A stretch of DNA of 64,000 bases from Octopus vulgaris (GCA_951406725.2 OX597835.1:24924001-24988000), one strand, 5' to 3'. Shown: positions 1-12,686, numbered from the stretch's first letter. A program made the numbers and translations. The notes: generated by a model not told the origin, from the letters alone.

Positions 1-92
1 ACCCCGAAAGGATGAAAGGCAAAGTCGACCTCGGCGGAATTTGAACTCAGAACGTAGCGGCAGACGAAATACGTTTCTGCCAGCTCGCCGCC
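1..92 (-). mobile_element. SINE family B (tRNA head + Nin/Deu-like domain), partial
   Basis: Reverse complement of ggcggcgagctggcagaaacg...gagttcaaattccgccgaggtcgactttgcctttcatcctttcggggt, matching the copy at 50706-50940. Confidence 0.85.
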
Positions 93-94
93 TT

Positions 95-170
<76 letters not shown>

Positions 171-200
171 TGTGTGTGCGTATGTATGCGTGTGTATATA

Positions 201-285
201 CAGGGATTGGACAAAATAATAGAAACACCTAGCATCATAGCATCAATAATTTTGAAATATCTATAAAACTGTCAAAAGCTTTTTC
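201..285 (+). mobile_element. Isolated Tc1/mariner-like terminal sequence
   Basis: TA followed by CAGGGATTGGACAAAATAATAGAAACACC resembles Tc1 TIRs; no partner TIR seen. Confidence 0.45.
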
Positions 286-289
286 ATGT

Positions 290-699
290 ATAGTGTGTGT
301 AAAAAACATCCTGATGAAGGGCGTGTCAGTTCTGATGATACGAAATATATCATATTACTTGGCACGTCTCTGAAACGGCCCGAAAATGGAACTCTAAATT
401 TTAAAATTTTTGTGTTATTTTTCGGAGGTTTTTAATACGTATTTTTTAATGTTTCATCATCCCAAATTTTTAATTATACCAATATTTTATAACTTTTAAA
501 ATGTAAATTCACTGTGTTTTGTGTATAACACCGACTTATATCTATTTATATATATTTTTACATCTTTGTATCTGGAATTTATACATCCGTTTTGTAAATG
601 TGGAAGAATATATGAATACATGTATCTATTTGCTTTTCGAGTGTTGATCTTAATTATGTTCCTCTAGTTTCCGTTTGCATTGCCTCCGTTCAATTTAAG

Positions 700-700
<1 letters not shown>
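290..700 (+). mobile_element. Penelope-like non-coding fragment with degenerate hammerhead motif, ending at (TA)n
   Basis: CTGATGA (311) agggcgtgtcag...ttggcacgtctct GAAAC-GGCC (372-380); T-rich tail abuts the TA tract at 701. Confidence 0.55.
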
Positions 701-768
<68 letters not shown>

Positions 769-771
<3 letters not shown>

Positions 772-830
772 TAATCCCTTGACTATCACGTGTGTTACGT
801 TCCAAAACCTCCTTATATTGAATATAAAAA
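769..830 (+). mobile_element. pogo/Tigger-like TIR fragment
   Basis: TA then CAGTAATCCCTTGACTATCACG, resembling CAGTA..CCTCG termini. Confidence 0.4.
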
Positions 831-891
831 CGTCCCAAACTTCCTTATACTGGACGTAAAGGTACCTATTGAAATAGTTATATATACATAT

Positions 892-980
<89 letters not shown>

Positions 981-982
<2 letters not shown>

Positions 983-1175
983 GGGGTAAACACATAAATG
1001 TGAAACAAGGTGGGAAAAAGAGTACTCAAATACCAGTGGTAGAGTAATATTCTTTATTCAAAAGCAGCAGAAAATTCAACAAAACCTGTTACTCTGAGTT
1101 TCACGCTCCCGTTCGTTGGGAACGTGAAATTCGGAGTAACAGGTTTTGTTGAATTTTCTGCTGCTTTTAAATAAA

Positions 1176-1176
<1 letters not shown>
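981..1176. mobile_element. Fold-back Penelope-like mini-element between (TA)n tracts
   Basis: Near-perfect inverted repeat 1052-1176; same family as 58500-58658; arms contain the 3' half of the hammerhead (cgtGAAACtcagaGTAacag). Confidence 0.75.
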
Positions 1177-1211
<35 letters not shown>

Positions 1212-1546
1212 CATACACATATACATGTACGCACACAACCACACATAGACACTCAACACACACACACACACACACACATACACTCGCACGCACACACACA
1301 CACACACACATACATCTATGTACGCACACAACCACTAATAGACACACATACACGCACACACAACTGCCTACAGTTACGTAGAACTGTATCAACAAGACAA
1401 CAGGTATGCTGTACATTTCAGTTCTGAATCAGTTTCTTAGGTGTTGACAACAAGTAGATAAATTAGGCACCATCTGCATCCTGCATTCTTCCCAGCAGCA
1501 ACCATCATTGGTACGTTGACCGAACACGTAAAAAACATAACCAATT

Positions 1547-1622
<76 letters not shown>

Positions 1623-1661
1623 CACACACACACATATATATATAACATATATACGATTACA

Positions 1662-1706
<45 letters not shown>

Positions 1707-1875
1707 GTATATATAAGACTATATTTGTAAGTAAATATATTTATGTATATAGTTATATATACATGTATATATACGTATGTATTAAGTTACATATATGTGT
1801 GTGTGTGTGCGTGTAGATACATTTATATATGTATAAAAACATATATATCTATATATACATATATAAACATATATA

Positions 1876-3111
1876 CACACACGTTAAAAGTAAATAGACA
1901 CTCCATAAAACATCGTTTTCTGTTTATTCTAACTTGTGAAGGTTTATATTTCTTATTGACATTTTTATGTTTCAGATTCTATATGTGACTGTTTAATCAT
2001 GTCACGTACAAAGGAAGGCTTGGAACTCTTTGAATTTCAAAGAGGCCGTATTGTGGGTCATTCTGACGGTGGATATAGTCAGCGTAAAATCGCAGAAAAC
2101 CTTGGAATCCCGCATTCTACAGTTAATAGAGCGATTGTGCAATTCACCAGAGAGGGAAAGGAGTCCAGATCAACCAGGGCCCTCTGACAAGACCCTTCTC
2201 TTTGTTTAGAGAAGTGTGGAGGATAGTCCTCGTTGCAAGACCCCTGACCTAGCAGAGCAAGTTGACGTCAATCCCAGAACAGCTGTCAGGTATCTCCACT
2301 AACTTGGTTACTATGGCAGAGCAGGAAGAAGGAAGCCGCATCTTTGACAAGCCAATATGAAGCAGAGAAAAGATTGGGCCAGTGAGATGGTGGAGGGGCC
2401 ATTAGCATTTTGGGACACTGTCATATTCTCTGATGAGTCCAGATTTGTTGTACTTCTTAACAGTGATCGAGTGTGGCTCTGGAGACTCTGTGATCAAGAA
2501 TTTGATGTAAAAAGATTGCAACCAGCAATGAAACACAGCAGTTATTCTGTGATGGTCTGGAGAACAATTTGGAGCAATGGTTGATCAGAGCTGGTGGGGT
2601 GTGAGAGAAAGATAAACTCAAAGAAATATGTGTCCATATTGCAGAAAGGATTCCTTCCAAACTTCTCCAGCGGTGAAATGATTAAAGAAGGCTCTCTATT
2701 TATGGGAGATGGGATTCCTTGTCACACGGGTAAAATGACCCGAGAGTTGTTGGAAAAGAATGGTATTAGAAAGCTTCCATAGCCAAGCCAATCACCAGAT
2801 ATGAACCCTATAGAACACTTCTGGGGTATAATGGACAGGGCATTTCATAAACAGAACAAAAAAGCATCTTCAAAGCCAGATCTTTTGATATTATTGCATG
2901 AAACTTAGCAAGATATTCCGCAAGAGAACATTTCTCATCTGATCAGTAACATGCCTAATAAGGCCCTTGCATTGAAAAATGAAAAGAGCATGTCTACTAA
3001 ATATTAAATGTTCACATCATAACAACTAACAAATAATTTCAATGTATAATTTCAGATTTAAATAAATTTTTATGATTATAGGAGTGTCTATTTACTTCTT
3101 TCATGTCTGTG
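1876..3111 (+). mobile_element. Tc1-family DNA transposon, decayed full-length copy
   Basis: Exact 17-bp inverted match aagtaaatagacactcc (1888-1904) / ggagtgtctatttactt (3081-3097) flanking the transposase remnant. Confidence 0.9.
1999..3007 (+). pseudogene. Tc1 DD34E transposase pseudogene
   Basis: HTH-like N-terminus ([24 protein letters not shown]), FSDESRF, FMGDGIPCH, SPDMNPIEHFW with 34 residues between D and E, C-terminal TKY*; several stops and frameshifts. Confidence 0.92.
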
Positions 3112-3879
3112 TTTATGCATACACATACGCATATATATACCCACACACTCTTGCGGATGTAAAACCGTATTACCAAAAAAAGCAGGTGGGTTGTATCTTT
3201 TAGTTATAAGACAGTTTATTAATCTTTGAATGGACCCCGCTAAAATACGCACCCTGTACATCCTGCATTCTTCCACCGTGGGGCACTGACCGACGATGTG
3301 GAAGCAATGACGTGATGTTTGACTATCGCTGCTTCCCTACCTTACATTCATTTCACTGTCTGTCCGTATGTCCCTTGTTTTGTGTGTGTATGTGTGTGTG
3401 TGTGTGTGAGTATATGCGTGGGAGATTGTGTGTACGTGTGGTTGTGCGTGTATGCGTTTGTTTGTACTTGTGTTTGTGAACGTGTGTGCTTAAGTTTATG
3501 TGTGTGTGTTTCTTTGCGTGCGTTTGCGCGTGTGTGTGTGTATATATCTATGTATGTGATTTTGTCTGTGTGTTTCCCCAACGGTGTTGGTTTGTTTAGT
3601 CCCCGTAACTTAGCGGTTCATCTAGAGCGCACCGATAAGGTAAGTACCAGGTTTAAAACCTTAGCAGTGATGTTGAGTTGAAGGTTTTTAGTCGAATTAA
3701 TCGATGCCGGCGTTTTTTTTTTAATACCTGATACTTATTCTATCGATGTTTTGCCGAATCGCTAACTTACGGAAACGTAACCGAAATAACATCGATTTGT
3801 TGGGTTGTGGCACACACACACACACACACACACACTGCCTTTCTAAAATATGTCAGGACATCCAGGGTTATGCTTGTTC

Positions 3880-3970
3880 ATGCATCAATACTCTTCCGTC
3901 GCACTGCCTCTTTCAAACGTCTCAAGACATCTTTGTAAAACTCTTTATTGATCGTCTGACAGCTGGTACT
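3880..3970 (-). pseudogene. mariner transposase fragment
   Basis: Translation QTINKEFYKDVLRRLKEAVRRK matches the mariner segment GQTVN..Y..VL.RLR.AVRRK. Confidence 0.75.
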
Positions 3971-3972
3971 CC

Positions 3973-4450
3973 GTATGTATGTATGTATGTATGTATGTAT
4001 GTATGTATGTATGTATGTATGTATGTATGTATGTATGTATGTATGCGTGTGTGTATGTATGTATGTATGATGTATGTATGTATGTATGTATGTATGATGT
4101 ATGTATGTATGTGTGTATGTATGTATGTATGTATGTATGTATGTATGTATGTACGTATGTATGTATGTATGTATGTATGTATGTATGTGTGTATGTATGT
4201 ATGTATGTATGTATGTATGATGTATGTATGATGTATGTATGTATGTATGTATGATGTATGTATGTATGCATGTGTGTGTATGTGTGTGTGTATGTATGTA
4301 TGATGTATGTATGTATGTATGATGTATGTATGTATGTATGTATGTATGTATGTATGATGTATGTATGTATGTACGTATGTATGTATGTATGTATGTATGT
4401 ATGTATGTATGTATGTATGTGTGTATGTATGTGTGTATGTATGTATGTAT
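3973..4450. repeat. (TATG)n compound microsatellite
   Basis: ~480 bp of tatg/tgtg/tga units; representative of >80 (TA)n, (CA)n, (GA)n, (TATG)n and (GATA)n tracts in the window. Confidence 0.98.
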
Positions 4451-5140
4451 CATACTGTCGAATCAATAACGTAGGTTATCACTAAACTAAAGAGAAAAAG
4501 AGAGAAAAGGGACATAGATCAAAGTAAAAAAAGTATGGCTCAGAATCGTGTTTTTTCGGCAACTTCCGCTAAAGTTCGCCTTCCTGTCGAAAATACGTTA
4601 CAGCTGCTATATCTATCAATCAAAACTTGTACTGCTAACCCAGTACTGGGTAAAAGCTCTCCTTGTATTTCTTCATAAATTTCGGTTTAAATTTCCAGTT
4701 TATATTCTCCAGTTTTTGGTCAGATCTATCAAAATCATCATTCTGCCTTGGAGCTGTGTATGGGAAAAGGGGTTAGCATCTAGGAAAGAATAAGCTAATC
4801 TTCATATCTGTCTTAGTTTGAGACTGTTATAAAAAATACACATTCTGCAGTTAACGAAGCATGAAAACCAAAATATTCAATATACTAAATCATATAATCA
4901 CGTACACAAGAGCAGGCGATATTATTTCAGGTAACGAAGCGAGAATAGTTTTTATAATTTATTGATATTACTATCGTAATGAGAGTAAAAGTCATTAAAA
5001 AGAATGGTAATTATTTTCAGATAATATTATATTACAGATAATATCATTTTCAGATAATATTAATTATATTTCAGTCAATAAAAAGCTGAGAAGAGATAAA
5101 CGGGAGGAAAGGTGGTGAATTTAATTTCCAACAGCTTTTA

Positions 5141-5184
5141 CGATTCGGGACATGTTTCTGCCGAGTTAGACCTCTTCAGAGAAT
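5141..5184 (-). ncRNA. Degenerate hammerhead-like motif
   Basis: Minus strand ttct CTGAAGA ggtctaactcggca GAAAC at GTC ccgaa; stems I and II imperfect. Confidence 0.4.
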
Positions 5185-6102
5185 AATAATCCATTCGATG
5201 GATGCTATGACATCAGTACTACTGATAAACTAATATAATGATTTTAGTATGAAGAAAATTCTCCGATTACATAAATTGAAATAGCGACATTTCAGATTTT
5301 CTCAAAGCGCCTTCTGCATACATAACGTAGGGTTAAGTGCTACACATATAGCGTTGATATTTGAGTGACACAAAGAGGTCAAGTACACCCAAATTTTCGA
5401 AAGAACAGAATGGTTATGCCCTATATAAATTGTATTCCCAGTTGTATTCCACAATATGACAATACGTTAATTTCACTTTTCCGAAGAATATTTATATTAA
5501 ATACACACACACACACACACACCGGTGTGTGTTCCGCGGCTGATAGAGACGAAGAAACCGATAAAGTAAGTATCAAACCTAAAATTTTTAGTGGGATCTC
5601 ATTGTCCGATTTAATTCATCCGGTGGTGTTCCAGCATGGCCGCAGTCCAATGAATAAAATACCACTAGCACTTCTACAGACCTAGATGGTATGCTACCAA
5701 GGAAGACAAACATCTCCACCAATTCTAAATTTTAACCCTTCACGTTTATCGATGGTGTGCTATGTGGCTCGTTGTAGCATGAAAGTCCAAATTTTAAATA
5801 CTGGCGAAAGATGAGAATTTAAGTTCTATCACTAAATATGCAAATTCAAATGAATGTCTGGTATTCTTCCTTTCAGAATTGGTCGAAGAAAAATAAGTGG
5901 CAAGCATCACTTTCATGGATTCCAAAGGTTTGGGTCTACGAAATACTCTCTATCGGAATGTAGGAAGCACGAGCTATGCACGAACCTTGTATGCATAAAC
6001 ACACACGCATATATATGTATACATATATTATCTATCTATCTATCTATGTATCTATCTATCTATCTATCCATCCATCCATCCATCCATCCATCCATCCATA
6101 CA

Positions 6103-6176
<74 letters not shown>

Positions 6177-6951
6177 CATATATATATGCATGTATGTATA
6201 TATATCTATCTATCCATATATATATATATATATATATGTATATACATGTATGTATATACATATATATATATATACATATATACACACACACACGTATGTA
6301 TACATGTATTTATATAAATACATATGTACATACAAACAAACATACATACATACGTACGTACGTTCATACATATGAATATGTATGTGCGTGTCTATACACA
6401 CGCAGAACAATTGTACACGCACTTAAGAACATTTGTAAAGGTATTCAAACACATATATACAAACGCACTAATACACACACACACACACATTTCAAAAGAT
6501 TTCAAAATCAGAAAACCAGATCCGGGAATGTGTTCCAACTAGACGCGCAGACACGTGGCTAACCCCTTAATAAGACTAGGGAGATGATGAGGAGTGTGTG
6601 TGGGGGGAGGGGTAAATGTAGTGTGGTAGGATGGGGAAGGGGTGTCTGACAAGTTATGTGGCCCTTAATGAGCCGGGGTCAGGGAAAAGTAGGGGAGAAT
6701 AGAGAGAAGACGCTTGTCTTTGTTTATGGCCCCTTCGTCTAAATAAATAGTTCCTTCCTTGTTTTCGTTATTCCCCTCCACCACCACACCCGCCCAGCAC
6801 CTCCACTCGACTCTACCAGGTAACCCTCTACTAGCGACCTCCCACCCTCCACCGTCCGTGCTCTCATTCCCCGCCGCCACGATTGGCGAAGGAAGGTCGG
6901 ATGTTCGGGTTGTGGCTGTATAAGGAAGGGAATTTTTAGTTAGGTTTCATA

Positions 6952-7338
6952 AGGCGCATGTTTGGCTGTCTGGTAAGACGTTTGTTTTCTCAACTGCATG
7001 GTTCCGGGTTCAGTCACACTGCGTGGCACCTTGGGCAAGAGCCTTCAACTATAAACCTAGAGTCAACCAAAGCCATGTGAGGGGATTTGGTAGACGGAAA
7101 CTGAAAGCCCATTGTACATGTGTATGTGAAAGTGTGTGTGTGTCCTACCACCGTTTGACAACCGATGTCGGTTTGCTTACGATTATGTAACTTAGCGGTT
7201 CGGCAAAAGATATAGACAGAATAAACGTCAGGCTTTAAAAAATAAGTACTGGAGTATATTCGTTTAAATAAAACCCTTCAAGACGATACCCCAGCATGGC
7301 CGCAGTCTAATGACTGATACAAGTAAAAGATAAAAGAT
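6952..7338 (+). mobile_element. SINE family A (tRNA head, CORE-like box, internal microsatellite)
   Basis: ggttccgggttcagtc (B-box-like), gcgtggcaccttgggcaag, tail ccagcatggccgcagtc..aagtaaaaga. Confidence 0.88.
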
Positions 7339-7380
7339 ATGTATGTGCATGTGTATTTATGTGTGTGTGTGTATGTGTAA

Positions 7381-7427
<47 letters not shown>

Positions 7428-7428
<1 letters not shown>

Positions 7429-7535
7429 TAAAGACCTTTCGGTCATGAATGACCATGGGATTGCACCTAGAGAGTTCCCCTCCAGCAGTTGCCCATGTAT
7501 ACCAACCTCCCTTCGCCACGATGTTATCCAAGGGA
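7428..7535 (-). mobile_element. SINE family C, 3' fragment
   Basis: ggtcatgaatgaccatgggattgcacctag shared with 28085-28394 and 42589-42958. Confidence 0.8.
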
Positions 7536-7556
7536 CAGACAGACAGACAGATAGAC

Positions 7557-7657
<101 letters not shown>

Positions 7658-7673
7658 TACGTGTGTGTGTGTG

Positions 7674-7790
7674 CCAAGGCATAAAAGAAGAAGAAAGATC
7701 CCATAACATTCAAACAGTTCCTGGATGAATATTTCCAACAAATTCCATATAAACCACCAACACACGGATTAGTCGAATAGGCCATGGCAC
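7674..7790 (+). pseudogene. CR1/L2-type LINE ORF2 C-terminal fragment
   Basis: KDPITFKQFLDEYFQQIPYKPPTHGL resembles the terminal FK..LD.FL..IPD.P motif. Confidence 0.55.
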
Positions 7791-8144
7791 CCAAAGAATG
7801 ATTGTAACACGAAACATCATTAAATGCCTTTTCCAGATGACGCTGTTAAGTTTGTCATGGTCTGGGTCAATTCTGAAACTTATCTAAGTATATATTTACG
7901 GATGTTGTCCCTGGCATAAAGTGTACGAGCATTCATATTTTCCTATAACAACCGCTGTACAATCTTTTACATTTGCTTTGTAGTTCTTTCGTGAGAATTT
8001 CCTTGATGTGTACGATTAAGCATTTGTCGCATTGAAGAGATCATGTATATATATATATATATATATATTAATAAATAAAACATATGCATATATATATACA
8101 TATATGTACGTACCTACTTCTACATATATATATACACACATATA

Positions 8145-8365
8145 TGGGTACAGGACACCAAAAAAACGTCCAACACAATGAGAAACGAAAACAAACACAA
8201 AACCAAGGAACTGGACATTTTTCTTAAACAACAACAAAAAAATAGAGTACAGGACAAATAACACAAGGAAAATTCCCCTTCTTCAGTCGCCATGGTTTCA
8301 TCTACTCTGCGTTTCGAAGGTGAAGGCGATACGCATCTTCGATAGAAACTTTCCTTCTTGCGAAA
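8145..8365 (-). mobile_element. Penelope-like non-coding fragment
   Basis: Minus strand has ttcGAAACgcagaGTA and CTGAAGAagggg plus a T-rich tail; flanked by TA-rich tracts. Confidence 0.45.
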
Positions 8366-8367
8366 AG

Positions 8368-8401
<34 letters not shown>

Positions 8402-8404
<3 letters not shown>

Positions 8405-8623
8405 GTAAATGCAATATGTGACATTTATTCGGTAGCCATGATAAAACTCCGAGTTTCGGATGCCGAGGTGGAAATCCAAGCCGACATCTCTTTAGTTATT
8501 CGACCTCGGAGTTTTATCATGGCTACCGAATAATTGTCACATATTACATTTACAGATAAATTACTCTATTTACATAATATCGAGGTCTCCTTCTTTCTTT
8601 TGCTGTCTCACCGTTTTTATCAA
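8402..8623. mobile_element. Fold-back mini-element with hammerhead-like core, between (TA)n tracts
   Basis: 50-bp inverted arms 8404-8453 / 8505-8554; minus strand ataa CTAAAGA gatgtcgg..tcggcatcc GAAAC tcgga GTT ttat. Confidence 0.65.
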
Positions 8624-8638
8624 TATATATATATATAT

Positions 8639-8716
<78 letters not shown>

Positions 8717-8800
8717 TTATATATATATTTACATAATACACACACACACATAACATAAGAGATGACAAAAGAATAAACGATTACCTGATGAACATCTTTA

Positions 8801-8961
8801 GCATACAGCTGTTTCCGCTATGAGATGTAATGGACCACGTAGCTTAGTGCCTGAGTAACACCTTACAGCTTCATCAGAGCCTGAAACATGATGATGCTAT
8901 AAGGCTTTTACTCATGCACTCAACCATGAGTCCACCGTATCTTGTAGCAGAAACAGCTGTT
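8801..8961. ncRNA. Divergent pair of hammerhead-like motifs (one per strand)
   Basis: Minus 8880-8801: gct CTGATGA agctgtaaggtgt..acatctcatagcg GAAAC agct GTA tgc; plus 8888-8961: aTGATGA tgctataag..cttgtagca GAAAC agct GTT. Confidence 0.6.
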
Positions 8962-9203
8962 CCTTTATTCCTTTGTCATCTCATTCTCTTATTACCGCTC
9001 TTTACTCGACACCAGGTTGTTAGTTTTGCAATGCCTAAGCAAAATGCGAGCGGGAGTGTGCGTGCGCGCGCATGTATGTAAACTTTGAGATTATCTAAAG
9101 GGCTTTCAAGACAATGAGGAGTAGCGAAGATAGGAACAGGAGTAAAAGGCACGGAAGGATGATGGGTGGAGACAGACAGAACAGATTGGAGGATATACAT
9201 ACA

Positions 9204-9235
<32 letters not shown>

Positions 9236-9285
9236 CATACGTACATACATATATACATGCATACATACATACATACATACATACA

Positions 9286-9316
<31 letters not shown>

Positions 9317-9320
9317 TTAC

Positions 9321-9352
<32 letters not shown>

Positions 9353-9465
9353 AAAGAAAGAGAGAAACAGAGGGAGAATAAGGGAAAAGGTATGAACAGG
9401 GGAAAGATGAGAGATATTAAAGGATACAGTAATTAACTAACACTTGATACTAAAGGAGGAAGGGA

Positions 9466-9521
9466 GAGAAGAAGAAGAAGAAGAAGAAGAAGAAGAAGAA
9501 GAAGAAGAAGAAGAAGAAGAA

Positions 9522-9553
<32 letters not shown>

Positions 9554-9582
9554 GGATGATGATGATGATGAAGATGAAGAAG
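9466..9582. repeat. (GAA)n/(GAT)n trinucleotide repeat
   Basis: Direct reading; explains the poly-E/poly-D ORF. Confidence 0.95.
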
Positions 9583-9781
9583 AGGGCAGTAGAGTGGTGG
9601 GATATAGAGCCCTAAAAATTACGCGTTCCTTTCAAGATGCCAAATAGTTGTTCTCCTGTGGTGTCTTGAAGAGGGAATCAACCAGCCAGATATTTGGTAC
9701 AGTGCCAGAAAACCCGGAAAACCGGAAAAGAATAGGATTTCTTCAATGCTTTTGTTTCAAAAATCCCTTTTTTCTGTCTTT

Positions 9782-9829
<48 letters not shown>

Positions 9830-9974
9830 TCCCATTCATCATCATCTTCTTCTCCCTCCTCCTCTGGCTCTTCTTCATCATTCTCCGCATCTCCGGTTCG
9901 AGCCCCCATCCCATTCACCCAGGTCCCGCATTGTTCTTATCATAAATACTTGAACTTATATTAATCTCTTTATG

Positions 9975-10457
9975 ACTACCACCACCACCACTACCACCAC
10001 TACCACCTCCACTACCACCACCAATGCCACCACAACCACCATCACTACTACTATTACTACCACTACTACCACTACCACCACCACTACTACTGCTATTACT
10101 ACAGCTATTACCACATTTAGCAATAAAGCTGCTACAACAACCACCACCTTACCCACCTTCAATCCCTCACCACTACATTCACTACCTTTCCTAACATCAC
10201 CACCATCACAACTACTACTACTACTATCACTACCAGCACCTACCACTATCACTATCACCATCACCACCACACTACCACCATCACCACCACCATCACTACT
10301 ACTGCTACATCTACCACCACCACCACTACGACAACTACTACTACTTCCACCACCACTACAACCACTATTAACTACTATCACCACCACTACAACTACTACT
10401 GCCGCCACCATCATCACCATCACTACTACTACCACCACCACAACTATACCACCACTT

Positions 10458-10488
<31 letters not shown>

Positions 10489-10625
10489 AACCCCAATACA
10501 ACTGTTACTACTACCATCACCACTACAACCAATCGTTCACTACCACCAACACCACAATCATAACCACCACCACGATCAAGAAATCATGACCACTACGACT
10601 ACTACCAATATTGCCATCACCAACG
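9975..10625. repeat. Cryptic (ACC/ACT/ATC)n trinucleotide repeat
   Basis: Degenerate ACN triplets; explains the poly-T/V/L ORFs. Confidence 0.92.
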
Positions 10626-11021
10626 CAGTAACCCCGTATGACCACCACGCCCTACCATACCTCCACACAATATATAAAGAAGAAAGGGGTCCACTCAGCT
10701 GTGGAAATGGCAAAGATCTGAAGAAACGTTTTTTATAGGGAACGGAAACCATTTTTGGCATTTTTCCCTTGAATTTGTGAATCTTTCAACAGATGAGAGG
10801 AAGCGGAGGGGGATAGGAGAAGGAAGGGGAGGAGGAATTGCTAACTGTTGATCGGTCGTTTACGTACACATGCATTCTCATACACACACACACATACACA
10901 TATATATATATTAATATTTACCAGAAGTTAACGGAGTGAGTCAAGGTCCAAGAGTTTAAATATCAGTAAGAATATACATACACTAATATTTTGAGTTCTA
11001 TTTTTCCAATTTGCATAAATA

Positions 11022-11109
<88 letters not shown>

Positions 11110-11113
<4 letters not shown>

Positions 11114-11298
11114 ATCCAAACATGAACGCACAAAAAAACACAACAACGCGAGGACGTATAGTATTATTGGACGCTCCGCTCAGGAAAGGAGGGTTTAACG
11201 TTTCGAGCGAAGCTTTTCGTCGGAAACATAGGAGAAGGAAAGATCCAGAGAAGGGAAGACAGTGGGAAAAAAATCGCCAACGGTACACACGCGGTCAC
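11110..11298 (-). mobile_element. Hammerhead-bearing mini-element (family shared with 62039-62232)
   Basis: Minus strand gttt CCGACGA aaagcttcgctc GAAAcgTT aaac at 11227-11193; 3' end abuts (TA)n. Confidence 0.7.
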
Positions 11299-11543
11299 GG
11301 GTTATTGTTTTGTACCTCGTCCGTCCCACTAACCGTCTCGTCTCGAGCCCGACTCGTTTTGTTATGGTTTGGTCCCCTTCCCGGCAAGCTTCTTACCGGT
11401 GCCGCCAGAGTGGAGGCAATATTATCGATAATGGCCGAAATTGCGTTCGACCTCTCTAGCCGATGAGGAGTTGGTGACCTTCTGTATTTTCTGTTCGCTT
11501 GTGTATTTAGTATATGTTCCTTTGTTTATTTACTACACGTATA

Positions 11544-11601
<58 letters not shown>

Positions 11602-11760
11602 CCCCAGCTTGACCGCAGCTTTGAAGCTGAAACAGTTTAAAGATGGATGGATGAATGGATGTGTGTGTGTGTATGTGAACGTCTACGTTTGTTTTATGAA
11701 AACATGTTTTTACGTGTCTTAAGTATTTACGCGGTCAGAAGTGTGCAAACTACATATATA

Positions 11761-11935
11761 GGCGCAGGAGTGCTGTGTGATAGGAAGCTTGCTTACCAAC
11801 CACATGGTTCCGGGTTCACTCCCACTGTGCAGCACTTCGGGCAAGTGTCCTCTACTATAGCTTCAGGCCGACCAAAGCCTTGTTAGTGGATTTGATAGAC
11901 GGAAACTGAAAGAAGTCCGTCGTATACATGTGCGT

Positions 11936-11982
<47 letters not shown>

Positions 11983-12185
11983 TCCAACATCGATTGACAA
12001 CCGATGCTGCCAGCTCAACGCCTTAATAATAATGTTTACGTCCCGGTAACTTAGTTATTCGGCAAAGGAGACCGACAGAATAAGTACTAGGCTTACAAAG
12101 AATAAGTCTTGCGGTCGATTTGCTCGACTAAAGGCGGTACTCCAGCATGGCCGCAATCAAATGACTGAAACAACTAAACGAATAT
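11761..12185 (+). mobile_element. SINE family A, near full-length
   Basis: Head ggcgcaggagtg, CORE-like box, (TG)n insert, conserved tail. Confidence 0.9.
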
Positions 12186-12218
12186 AAGAATGTATATATG
12201 TGTGTGTGTGTGTGTATG

Positions 12219-12249
<31 letters not shown>

Positions 12250-12363
12250 ATGTATATATGTGTGTGTGTATGTGTGAACGTACACGCACGCCGAAAACCG
12301 CGAATGCATTTGCTATACATCATGATCAGCTTTTTCGTTCTACAGACATAATAAAGGCTGACT

Positions 12364-12394
<31 letters not shown>

Positions 12395-12651
12395 GTACGC
12401 ACGCACACACACGCACGAAACAGCCCCATGTATATACACACGCACACAGACGTAAATATTTATATAGGCATTTGTTTATAATATCATCCGCGCGCATATA
12501 CACAGGAGCACACCTTACCTTATAGACAGACACCCTTATCAGCGATTTATCTTATTTTCCCTACTGGGACTACTTTCCTATTAGTTCAGGGTTTTTAATA
12601 CATGATATTTCTTCCCTTTGTGCTACATACACGCGTGAATGTTCTTTAATT

Positions 12652-12686
<35 letters not shown>

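Noticed and set aside
3878-4485. YIHT/MYVC-repeat ORFs here and throughout the window
   Set aside because: Translations of stop-free microsatellites
4540-4800. Complex sequence with a partly open minus frame
   Set aside because: Contains stops and no motif I recognise; probably an old TE relic but unsupported
9444-10589. Poly-E/D and poly-T/V ORFs
   Set aside because: Products of (GAA)n, (GAT)n and ACN repeats; no domain or splice evidence
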